From: an uncultured Erysipelotrichaceae bacterium
GTDB lineage: Bacteria; Bacillota_I; Bacilli_A; Erysipelotrichales; Erysipelotrichaceae
NCBI GenBank assembly: GCA_946622165.1
Contig: CAMOPG010000001.1
Coordinates: 7,158-71,157 of the forward strand
Direction: 5' to 3'
Length of the DNA: 64,000 bases
Positions 27,910 to 36,370 of this stretch are shown here, one piece after another. The translations under genes and the position numbers were made by a program. Under the pieces are notes generated by a model. It saw only the letters and a list, made by a program, of their open reading frames with translations, did not search any database and had not been told where the DNA came from. Each line of letters starts with the position of its first letter. The stretch's first letter is position 1.

Positions 27910-29130
27910 TTAAAACAGGAAACTGATGGCATTTTCCACAGAGATCTCTTTGGCTGCCTCTACGAAACGATCTGCTTCTTCTTTCGTATTGTAGAAGTAG
28001 AGTGATGCACGGATCGTCTGATCGGTGCCGATGATCTCATGAAGGATCTTTGCGCAGTGGTTGCCTGAGCGTACAGCTATGTTCTTGGTTGCCAGATACC
28101 CTGCCCCATCCTGTGCAAAGACGCCTTTGGCATTGAATGTTACAGGTCCGGTCTCGTTGTCCGGATTGTAAAACTCAATATTGTCAAGCTGCTTCATCTT
28201 GTCGGCGAAATATTTTCTCAGGTCCTTTTCATATGCATGGATCTCTTCCATGCCGATCGACATCAGGTACTTCGCTGCTGCGCCGACGCCGATCACGCCT
28301 TCAATATTCGGTGTGCCTGCTTCAAACTTTTCCGGAGCCTGCTTCAGCTGCATATCTCCGCATGACTGGAATCTGGCATTCATGCCGCCTCCCAGCATCA
28401 TGGGATCCATCTGCTGCAGCAGTTCGTATTTTCCGTACAGGACGCCGACACCGCCGGGTCCGCACATTTTATGTGATGAGAATGCCAGGAAATCAACATC
28501 CAGGTCTTTTACATCGGTCGGTCTGTGCGGTACGCTCTGCGCGCCGTCTGCTACCACATAAATGCCATTGCGGTGTGCCAGTGCCGCGATTTCCTTCAAA
28601 GGCTGCACGGAACCGAGCACGTTGGTAACGTGAGCGATCGTGATCGCTTTGACGGAAGGATGGATCGCTTTTTCAACATCTTCAATATGGCAGACACCTT
28701 GTCTGTCAACAGGAATGTATTCCACCTTGATGCCGTATTCATGTTCCAGACGGTACCACGGCAGCAGGTTGCTGGCATGCTCGGCTTCCGTTGTGAGAAT
28801 GACATCTCCGGCTTTCAGAAAGTTATGGGCAAACCCGTAGGCGATCTGGTTCATTGAAGCAGTGGCTCCTGCTGTAAATACGACCTCTTTCGGATCGCAG
28901 TTCAGGAACTGCGCAATGATCTTTCTGGATTCATCGTAATGACGGTCCGCTTCAATTGCGATCGGATAATCGCCGCGGTGTACATTTGATGTGCCGGATA
29001 CATAAAATTCCGTTACTGCATCGATCACACAGCGGGGCTTGAATGTTGTAGCTCCGTTATCGAAATAGACAAGATCCGGATGACTGGAGAACATCGGAAA
29101 ATCCTGCCTGATCTTTTCCACGTCAATCAT
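27910..29130 (-). CDS. sufS: Cysteine desulfurase SufS (class V aminotransferase)
   Basis: 406 aa with the PLP-Lys context SSHKMCGP and the catalytic Cys in RSGNHCA. Confidence 0.95.
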   Translation of the reverse strand: MIDVEKIRQDFPMFSSHPDLVYFDNGATTFKPRCVIDAVTEFYVSGTSNVHRGDYPIAIEADRHYDESRKIIAQFLNCDPKEVVFTAGATASMNQIAYGFAHNFLKAGDVILTTEAEHASNLLPWYRLEHEYGIKVEYIPVDRQGVCHIEDVEKAIHPSVKAITIAHVTNVLGSVQPLKEIAALAHRNGIYVVADGAQSVPHRPTDVKDLDVDFLAFSSHKMCGPGGVGVLYGKYELLQQMDPMMLGGGMNARFQSCGDMQLKQAPEKFEAGTPNIEGVIGVGAAAKYLMSIGMEEIHAYEKDLRKYFADKMKQLDNIEFYNPDNETGPVTFNAKGVFAQDGAGYLATKNIAVRSGNHCAKILHEIIGTDQTIRASLYFYNTKEEADRFVEAAKEISVENAISFLF

Positions 29131-29924
29131 AATCTTGCAATTTTTTCCTCCATCTCGCTCTTCAGTCTTTCTTTCAGGCCTTCATCATCGATGAATTCGG
29201 TGATCGGCATGAGATAGCCGGTGCTCATCAGCATGATGCTCTGACGCATGCTTAAACCTCTGCTCTGCAGATAGTAAAGCTGCTCATCATCCATGCGGCC
29301 GATACTCATTGCATGGGAAGCCTGGACATCGTTTTCGTCGATCAGAAGTTCCGGGATGATCTCGGAATTCTGTCCTTCTTCAAAGCACAGTGCCCTTGAA
29401 GTCTGATGGGACTGGGATGCGTAAGCGCCTTTGACGATCTTGCCGATCGCATCAATGAAGAAATTGCCTCCTTTCAGGACAACAGCAAAATTCTTCATTT
29501 CTCCGACTGTATGCGGCGCATAGTTCACGACTTCCATCCGGGTGTTCTTTTTATCCTCTGCCAGTGTTGCACTGCTGACCAGTGCATAGGCACCGTTCTG
29601 ACGCAGTGCGACCCAGACATTGCGTTTGGTTTCGGCATGATTGCATTCCCCGTATGCGATCTTCAGTGAAGCATCAGCCATCACCTCATGTGATTCATCT
29701 GCCGTGACCGGTGTCTCGGAATCATTCCAGAACAGATAGGAAATATCAGCTCCGGCTGAGGCAAATGTGCGGATCCTGAGGTTCGGGCATTTTCTGATGC
29801 GGATAAATGCCTGGCATTTACCGCTTCCGCTGAACGTCAGTTCAAGATCACGTTCAGATTCGATCACATATTCGCTGAATCCGGCGGGAAGTGCAATGTC
29901 CTGGTTAACATGCACCTCGATCAT
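29127..29924 (-). CDS. sufD: Fe-S assembly protein SufD (short form)
   Basis: 265 aa with a SufB/SufD beta-helix C-terminal region (DENDVQASHAMSIGRMDDEQLYYLQSRGL). Located between sufC and sufS. Confidence 0.85.
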   Translation of the reverse strand: MIEVHVNQDIALPAGFSEYVIESERDLELTFSGSGKCQAFIRIRKCPNLRIRTFASAGADISYLFWNDSETPVTADESHEVMADASLKIAYGECNHAETKRNVWVALRQNGAYALVSSATLAEDKKNTRMEVVNYAPHTVGEMKNFAVVLKGGNFFIDAIGKIVKGAYASQSHQTSRALCFEEGQNSEIIPELLIDENDVQASHAMSIGRMDDEQLYYLQSRGLSMRQSIMLMSTGYLMPITEFIDDEGLKERLKSEMEEKIARL

Positions 29925-30763
29925 TTTCCCACCGCCTTCTCGACAGTTTCACGTACCGCGCATGTTCCGATACTGACCGGTACGGGTTTTTCTTCTTCGC
30001 GCTCAGGCGTAATGCCGTACTCTTTGTAGATCCAGTCATAGCCTTCCGTATCGATCTTTCTTGCCAGCTCGGCATCGCCTTCCAGAAGGATCTTTCCGTC
30101 AACGAGCACATGTGTGAACTCCGGTTCGATCAGTTCATAGAAACGCTCGTAATGGGATACGATGATCAGACTCATTCCTGTGTCCTGTCTCTGTTTATTG
30201 ATCGCATTGGCAACGATCTTCAGCGCGTCTACGTCAAGACCGCTGTCGATCTCGTCAAGCATTGACAAAGACGGTTTCAGAAGCTTCATCTGGACGATCT
30301 CATTTCTTTTCTTTTCGCCGCCTGAGAAGCCTTCATTGACGAATCTGTGAGCCAGATCCTCTTTCATATCCAGTTCCTTGATCGTCTTTTCCATTTCACG
30401 GATAAATGAGAACAGCGGGATCGGACGTTCCCTGCGCACATTCATCGCTGCTCTGAGGAAATCACTGTTTGTTACTCCCGGGATCTCCTGCGGATACTGC
30501 ATAGCTAAAAACAGTCCTGCTTTGCTGCGCTCCTCTACCGGCATTTCCAGGATGTTCTTTCCGTCATATTCAATTTCACCCTGTGTCACGACATATTTAG
30601 GATGTCCCATGATAGCGGCAAGCAGTGTGGATTTTCCGTTTCCGTTCGGTCCCATCAGTGCATGCACTTCATTCTCGTTGACAGTCAGATTTACACCCTT
30701 TAATATCTCGCGGCCTTCGATCTCTACATGAAGATCTTTGATCTTTAAACTTTTCATAAGCAT
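29921..30763 (-). CDS. sufC: Fe-S assembly ATPase SufC
   Basis: Walker A GPNGNGKST, signature FSGGEKKR, Walker B LSMLDEIDSGLD. The ATG at 30763 has the best spacing to GAAGG. There is about 30 aa of extra C-terminal tail. Confidence 0.93.
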   Translation of the reverse strand: MLMKSLKIKDLHVEIEGREILKGVNLTVNENEVHALMGPNGNGKSTLLAAIMGHPKYVVTQGEIEYDGKNILEMPVEERSKAGLFLAMQYPQEIPGVTNSDFLRAAMNVRRERPIPLFSFIREMEKTIKELDMKEDLAHRFVNEGFSGGEKKRNEIVQMKLLKPSLSMLDEIDSGLDVDALKIVANAINKQRQDTGMSLIIVSHYERFYELIEPEFTHVLVDGKILLEGDAELARKIDTEGYDWIYKEYGITPEREEEKPVPVSIGTCAVRETVEKAVGK

Positions 30764-30867
30764 AGCCACCCTTCACTTCCGACAGGCATTATAGCATCAT
30801 TCGTTAAAACAGTGTTGAAAAACGATTATTATCTGCATTGTTCACGTAATATTCAGATTATGATTCG

Positions 30868-30896
30868 TTGCAAACTAAAATTGTCTACATTATAAT
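30868..30896 (+). promoter_or_regulatory. Sigma-A promoter for the prsA-like gene
   Basis: TTGCAA (30868-30873), 17-nt spacer, TATAAT (30891-30896), 26 nt before the ATG and upstream of GAGGAGG. Confidence 0.75.
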
Positions 30897-30922
30897 GATT
30901 AAGCGCTTTTGAGGAGGAAGTT

Positions 30923-31945
30923 ATGAACGGATTCTTAAAAAAGAACTGGTTCGTTTGTCTCCTGGCATTATTATTTGCAGGAGTCAGCGTATTTTACATC
31001 TATGATACCAATCATGGAAAACTGAAAGGCAAGACGGTCAACGGTGAGGATGTTCTCTACGAGATCAATTCACAGGATGTGACGGCTGCCAATCTGTATG
31101 ATTCACTTTACAAAACCTACGGTTCTTCAGCTGTTGCTTCACTGATCGACAAGACAGTTGCTGCAGAAGCAGTTGAAACAACAGATGAAATGAAAACAAA
31201 CGCTGCTGCCCAGGCAGCTTCCATTATCGCCAGCTATCAGTCAAACTATCCTGCTGATTACAAAGAGCAGCTTGAAAAAGTACTGATCCAGATGGGATAT
31301 AACGGATATGATGATCTGCAGCAGTATCTGATCGATAATGCTAAGAGAACCGAGATCGTCAAACAGTATGCAAGTGATCACTTTGATGAACTGAAGATCC
31401 GCAAGATCTCCTACATCCTGGTCAAGTTCTCCGCGGATTCCGAGAAGACTGAGGAGCCCAATGAGGATGAGGCAGCAAGAATGCAGGCTGTAGATGATGC
31501 CCTTGCAGCAGGCAGCTTCGCTGATGCAGCACGTGATCATTCGGAAGATTCTTCCACCGCTCCCAACGGCGGTTACCTGGGTGTCGTCGATGTCAACACA
31601 ACAACACTTGATGAAGCATTCCTGAATGCTGCGCTTGCCCTTGATGAGGGTGAAGTCAGTGACTGGGTATATTCAGAGTCATTCGGTTATTTCAGAATCA
31701 GAAACGACGCTTCCACGAAAGAAACACTGGAAGCCGGAACTGAGACAACATCCGAAACAAACGAAGCCGGTGAGACAGAAGTGACTGTCGGAAACGGCCA
31801 GTCTCCGTATGAGGAACTGATCGGTTCCTATGACACATCGCTCGATGAGATCGCTATGTGGGAAAAAGCCCAGGAGATCGGTCTCGACTTCAGCGGCAAT
31901 GCAGAACTCGAAGCAGCAATGTCAAAATATTACACAGGTGAGTAA
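30923..31945 (+). CDS. prsA: Membrane-anchored peptidyl-prolyl isomerase, PrsA/SurA-like (parvulin domain)
   Basis: N-terminal TM helix, a SurA_N-like helical region and a parvulin core (KISYILVKF...APNGGYLGVVD...SESFGYFRI). Confidence 0.8.
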   Translation: MNGFLKKNWFVCLLALLFAGVSVFYIYDTNHGKLKGKTVNGEDVLYEINSQDVTAANLYDSLYKTYGSSAVASLIDKTVAAEAVETTDEMKTNAAAQAASIIASYQSNYPADYKEQLEKVLIQMGYNGYDDLQQYLIDNAKRTEIVKQYASDHFDELKIRKISYILVKFSADSEKTEEPNEDEAARMQAVDDALAAGSFADAARDHSEDSSTAPNGGYLGVVDVNTTTLDEAFLNAALALDEGEVSDWVYSESFGYFRIRNDASTKETLEAGTETTSETNEAGETEVTVGNGQSPYEELIGSYDTSLDEIAMWEKAQEIGLDFSGNAELEAAMSKYYTGE

Positions 31946-31956
31946 GGAGGCTTAAG

Positions 31957-32841
31957 ATGAAAAAGATTACAGCGATCTGTTCTGCGGCTATGGTGCTCAG
32001 CCTGCTGAGCGGCTGCTCCGATGCGACAGCCTCTCTGAAAAACGGTTCTGATACATTGATGAAGGTCGGCAAAACAGCGATCACCAAGCAGCAGGTATAC
32101 AACATCATGTACAACTACGCCGGCTCAACACAGGTAGTCAGCGACGCAACAAAGGTCATCACTTCACAGGAAGTTGAAGTAACAGATGAAATGAAAGAAT
32201 CTGCCCAGAGCACGCTTGATATGTACAAAACGATCTACAGCGATTCCTTCACAGATTATCTGGAGGATGCAGGACTGACGGAAGACGATTACATCAACGA
32301 TTATCTGATCCCTTCCCTGCAGGCTGAAAAGCTGACAGACCTCTATATCGATGAGTCCTATGACACGCTTCTGGAACGTTATAAGCCGGTCAAGGCTACT
32401 ATCCTGAAATTCACAGATACAGAAAATGCGAATTCCGCACTGGCTGCTCTGAGAGACGGTACGATGACTGCTGAAGAAGCAGCCAATGAATTCGAAACAG
32501 ATTCCACAGGTCAGCCGGAGATCATTACGATCGACAATACAGAGTATGACTCAGTTGCGCTGGCTGCTCTGAGAGCTGCTTCTCCGGATGACGGCTGGAT
32601 GAACGTATCTGCTTCCTATGGTACAGACATCTACGTCATGCATATGGATGAAAACAATACAGACAGCATCAAGGATGAGATCGTTGAAGCATTTGCTGAG
32701 ATCAGTGATATCAACGATCAGGCAACAGCATTCTATTTTGAAAAGTACGGATTCCATGTCTATGACATTGATCTGTACAAGGCACTCCGTGACAGCAACC
32801 CTGCGCTGCTGACTCAGGAAGTTCCGGTTTCTGCTGAATAA
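31957..32841 (+). CDS. Lipoprotein, PrsA/SurA N-domain-like but without a recognisable parvulin domain
   Basis: Signal peptide with the lipobox LLSGC. The helical acidic body resembles the N-region of the preceding gene. I see no rotamase motifs. Confidence 0.6.
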   Translation: MKKITAICSAAMVLSLLSGCSDATASLKNGSDTLMKVGKTAITKQQVYNIMYNYAGSTQVVSDATKVITSQEVEVTDEMKESAQSTLDMYKTIYSDSFTDYLEDAGLTEDDYINDYLIPSLQAEKLTDLYIDESYDTLLERYKPVKATILKFTDTENANSALAALRDGTMTAEEAANEFETDSTGQPEIITIDNTEYDSVALAALRAASPDDGWMNVSASYGTDIYVMHMDENNTDSIKDEIVEAFAEISDINDQATAFYFEKYGFHVYDIDLYKALRDSNPALLTQEVPVSAE

Positions 32842-32848
32842 GCATTCC

Positions 32849-32877
32849 GAGGTACCTGCGGGTACCTTTTTCTTTTG
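32849..32877 (+). terminator. Rho-independent terminator
   Basis: GAGGTACC-tgcg-GGTACCTT followed by TTTCTTTTG. Confidence 0.8.
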
Positions 32878-32920
32878 CGGGGGATTATAATATTCACATA
32901 TACCAGGAGGATTTACTGTT

Positions 32921-33316
32921 ATGTGCGTATTTTGCGAAATCATTGCCGGAAATATCCCTTCCAGCAAAGTTTATGAAGATGATGAAGTGCTGGCAATTCT
33001 TGATCTGTCCCAGGTCACAAGAGGCCATACACTGGTCATGCCGAAAAAACACTGTGCGAACATTCTTGAAGCAGATGAAGAGACTGCTGCTGCCTGCATG
33101 AAGGTCGTTTCCAGACTGTCAAGACAGATCGTCAGAAATACCGGTGCCATCGGACTGAATATTCTGAACAATTGCGGCGCAGTTGCCGGACAGAGTGTTG
33201 AACACCTGCATTTCCATATCATTCCGAGATACTCCGAAAGCGATGCTGTTGACTTTGCTTTCCATGAATCAGAGAAACAGGATCTAAACGAAGTGCTTGC
33301 AGAGATCACCAGATAA
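32921..33316 (+). CDS. HIT-family (histidine triad) nucleotide hydrolase
   Basis: 131 aa with CVFCEII at the N-terminus and the triad HLHFHIIPR. Confidence 0.92.
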   Translation: MCVFCEIIAGNIPSSKVYEDDEVLAILDLSQVTRGHTLVMPKKHCANILEADEETAAACMKVVSRLSRQIVRNTGAIGLNILNNCGAVAGQSVEHLHFHIIPRYSESDAVDFAFHESEKQDLNEVLAEITR

Positions 33317-33323
33317 ACCATAC

Positions 33324-33351
33324 AGGACCGCGAATGGCGGTCCTTTCATTT
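33324..33351 (+). terminator. Rho-independent terminator
   Basis: AGGACCGC-gaatg-GCGGTCCT followed by TTCATTT. Confidence 0.7.
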
Positions 33352-33385
33352 GAAAAAAGCCTGCCCCTTGGACAGACTTGTTTGA

Positions 33386-34120
33386 TTACAGATGTATTTT
33401 CAGACGTTCGAGCATCACATCGCGCGCTTTGTTTTCCAGAGTATCATCCAGTTCCTGCAGAACAGCATCGCCGTTCCGTTTTTTCAGCGCCCTTCTGATC
33501 AGGATATCCGCAATGACCGGATTCTTCGGGAGCAGAGGTCCGTGCATATAGGTTGCCAGTACCTGACTGTTCATGAAGCCTTCATATCCTGATTTGTACA
33601 TATTTCCATGTCCGCTCAAGACTTTTGCGAACGGTGTCGTGACGTTCTGTGTCTGGCCTCCATGGTTCTCAAAACCGACTGCTTTGAATTTCAGGCCGTC
33701 CATTTCAGCTTCAACTGCGATATTTCCGATGCATCTGTGATCCCGGTCGGCAGCGATCGTATAGTAGTCAAAGAATCCCAGACCGTCGATCTTCTGACCG
33801 TCCTGGTCTTTGTAATACTGTCCGAAGAGCTGGTATCCGCCGCAGATCAGCAGGAATGCTGTATTGTGATCCATTGCCTTCTGGATCTTGTCACGGCGCT
33901 GCAGCAGATCTTCGTAGATCAGATTCTGTTCACGGTCGGCACCGCCGCCCATAAAGAACAGATCATAGTCATCAGGATCCCTGTCCTCACCGATCGTGCA
34001 TGTATCAACCTCACACTCGATCCCGCGTTTTGCGCATCTTGTTTTCAGCACCTGAATATTGCCTTTGTCACCATAAAGATCCATCAGATCATGGTACATC
34101 CAGAGAATTCTGATCTTCAT
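33386..34120 (-). CDS. gatD: Lipid II isoglutaminyl synthase, glutaminase subunit GatD (CobB/CobQ-like GATase)
   Basis: 244 aa with the nucleophile context LLICGGYQL. 4-nt overlap with murT, which is the characteristic pairing. Confidence 0.88.
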   Translation of the reverse strand: MKIRILWMYHDLMDLYGDKGNIQVLKTRCAKRGIECEVDTCTIGEDRDPDDYDLFFMGGGADREQNLIYEDLLQRRDKIQKAMDHNTAFLLICGGYQLFGQYYKDQDGQKIDGLGFFDYYTIAADRDHRCIGNIAVEAEMDGLKFKAVGFENHGGQTQNVTTPFAKVLSGHGNMYKSGYEGFMNSQVLATYMHGPLLPKNPVIADILIRRALKKRNGDAVLQELDDTLENKARDVMLERLKIHL

Positions 34121-35427
34121 GACTTCGCCTCTTTTCTCAGGATCGCGCGTGTCGGATGAAGCGCAGTATAGGTCGCGATAATGTAGCTTTCCATATTCTG
34201 TTCATCCAGCCACTGAACTGCTTTCGTGCTGTTTTCAATGACGGAGATCCTGTCTTCCAGTCCTTCATATTTCAGTCTCAGAGCCATGTCGTAAGCACGC
34301 AGTCCGCTGCATACGATATGCTTGACTGAAGGGTCATTCAGGCGCTCGAAATGCGCGTCCCATATCCAGGATACGTCATGTCCGTCCTGGTCATTATCAT
34401 TCAGGAAGATGCATACATTCTTATCGCCTTCCCTGTTCAGAATGAACTTCAGCACCTCATTTGTTCCTGTCGGATTCTTGACCAGGTTGATGACGCACGG
34501 CTTCGAAAGCGCGAATGTTTCGTTCCTGCCCTCTTTCAGTTCATAGCTGCTGAATACGATATCAGCTTTTGTCTGATCAAGGTTCAGAGCTTTCATCGTG
34601 CAGAGAACGCTTGCACAGTTGTAAACTGCGTAGATCGTATTCAGGAACGAATGATATACATGGCCTTCTGCAGTGAATGTTCCATTGCGGTAATCCACAG
34701 CATCAACATTCAAAAACGGTGTTATTTCGCCAAAATGATCATGCGGGCAGGCAAATCTGCCGATATGAGAGTATTGATAATACTCATATTTCAGCGGTCT
34801 GCCGCATACAGGGCAGAACTTTCCTTCGCTTGCTTCGTCCGTTGAGGATGAGCTGTTTTCCGTCCGTGAGACTGAGAAGTAATGTACCTGTGCCTGTTTT
34901 GCCTGTTCACCGATGCGGATAACGTTGGGATCGTCTCCGTTCAGGATCAGGTGTCCATCGAAGTTTTCCGTTACTTCCATGATCTTGCGGATGATCGTTT
35001 CCATTTCCCCTGCACGGTCAAGCTGATCGCGGAAGAAGTTCGTTACGACAAGCGCTGTGGGATGCAGGTTTTCAAACTGTCTGTATACGGTGAGTTCGTC
35101 CACCTCGATCACGGCAGCGTCAGCCTGTACATTGAAATGACTGTCACTGTTGACGGCCAGCAGTGTGGCTATGCCGACGTTCAGGTTATCGCCTCTGTGA
35201 TTGTTGACGACCTTCAGTCCGCACGCACGGAGAGATTCTGCAATCAGATTGCTGGTCGTTGTCTTTCCGTTTGTACCTGTCACGATCACAACGATCCCGG
35301 GCATATGAAAACGGCTGATGAATTTTTTATCCAGCGCCAGTGCCAGGCTTCCGGGAAGGGAACCTCCCCTGCCTGCCCTGGCAAGTACTGAATGCATCGT
35401 TTTGACCAGTTTCAGTGTCAGACTCAT
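34117..35427 (-). CDS. murT: Lipid II isoglutaminyl synthase, Mur-ligase-like subunit MurT
   Basis: 436 aa with the P-loop VTGTNGKTTT, a Cys4 ribbon (CPVCG...CPHDHF) and a DUF1727-like C-terminus. Confidence 0.9.
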   Translation of the reverse strand: MSLTLKLVKTMHSVLARAGRGGSLPGSLALALDKKFISRFHMPGIVVIVTGTNGKTTTSNLIAESLRACGLKVVNNHRGDNLNVGIATLLAVNSDSHFNVQADAAVIEVDELTVYRQFENLHPTALVVTNFFRDQLDRAGEMETIIRKIMEVTENFDGHLILNGDDPNVIRIGEQAKQAQVHYFSVSRTENSSSSTDEASEGKFCPVCGRPLKYEYYQYSHIGRFACPHDHFGEITPFLNVDAVDYRNGTFTAEGHVYHSFLNTIYAVYNCASVLCTMKALNLDQTKADIVFSSYELKEGRNETFALSKPCVINLVKNPTGTNEVLKFILNREGDKNVCIFLNDNDQDGHDVSWIWDAHFERLNDPSVKHIVCSGLRAYDMALRLKYEGLEDRISVIENSTKAVQWLDEQNMESYIIATYTALHPTRAILRKEAKS

Positions 35428-35428
35428 A

Positions 35429-36370
35429 CTATTCGCTACCCTTTGCTTTATAGAACTGGCGGTTTTCCATGGAGAAGATACGAGGAGTCCACTGTCCCGG
35501 TTTGACGCCGTCCAGAGCGGCTGCCAGCGTGTTCATCCTTGCGTCCAGGTTGTCGATCATTGAGAGTGCTTCTGCCTCAGGGAGTTCGGGAAGCACGGGT
35601 GAACCGAATTCAAATTTGCCGTGATGGCTGAGCACCATGTGCCTCAGCAGCATAGCTTCTTCACTGTCCCCGAGTCCGACTTCATCGGCCGCCTCAGCCA
35701 GCCATGCATGACCGATCGAAATATGGCCGAGCAGTCTGCCTTTATTTGTATATTCGGAAGAGATCATTCCTCCGAGTTCTGCTGTTTTGCCCAGATCGTG
35801 AACGAGCGTTCCGGCTATGAGAAGATCTCTGTTCAGCAGCGGATACAGACTGACGATCTGCTCTGCCAGAGCTGCCATTCCAAGTGAATGCTCGGCAAGT
35901 CCGCCCATATAACTGTGATGGATACGGGAAGCTGCCGGATACTGATAGAATGCATCTCCTACCTTGTCAAGCATTGCCTGTACTAGTACTTTGTAATTCT
36001 CATTCTTCAGGGAAGCGATCAGGTCCCTGACTCTTTTTTCACTTTGTGCACGTGTGATCGAAGAGCTCTGTATATATTCACTGAGATCGATCCCGCTCTG
36101 ATCCAGATCCTGGATCCTGTTGACTCTCAGCTGCAGGCTGTGATTGTATTCGAGTACTTCAAAGGATACTTCGCATACATGGCCCTGTACAGCGTTAGCT
36201 TCATCCTGCGGTTTCGCATCCCACATTTTTCCGTCGATCGTACCGCTGTTGTCCTGCAGGATCAGGTTGAGGTACGGAGCACCTTTTGATGTGGTTCCTT
36301 TGGTGCAGCTTTTGATCATTAAATTGATTTTCAGGCGGTCTTTCTCTTTCAGATCTTTAATCTTAGTCAT
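35429..36370 (-). CDS. yhaM: 3'-5' exoribonuclease YhaM (OB-fold plus HD domain)
   Basis: OB-fold N-terminus (KGAPYLNLILQDNSGTIDGKMWDA) and an HD domain (LAEHSLGMA, LVHDLGK). Starts at ATGATG (36373/36370), overlapping the stop of the upstream gene. The second ATG has the better spacing to GGAG. Confidence 0.88.
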   Translation of the reverse strand: MTKIKDLKEKDRLKINLMIKSCTKGTTSKGAPYLNLILQDNSGTIDGKMWDAKPQDEANAVQGHVCEVSFEVLEYNHSLQLRVNRIQDLDQSGIDLSEYIQSSSITRAQSEKRVRDLIASLKNENYKVLVQAMLDKVGDAFYQYPAASRIHHSYMGGLAEHSLGMAALAEQIVSLYPLLNRDLLIAGTLVHDLGKTAELGGMISSEYTNKGRLLGHISIGHAWLAEAADEVGLGDSEEAMLLRHMVLSHHGKFEFGSPVLPELPEAEALSMIDNLDARMNTLAAALDGVKPGQWTPRIFSMENRQFYKAKGSE

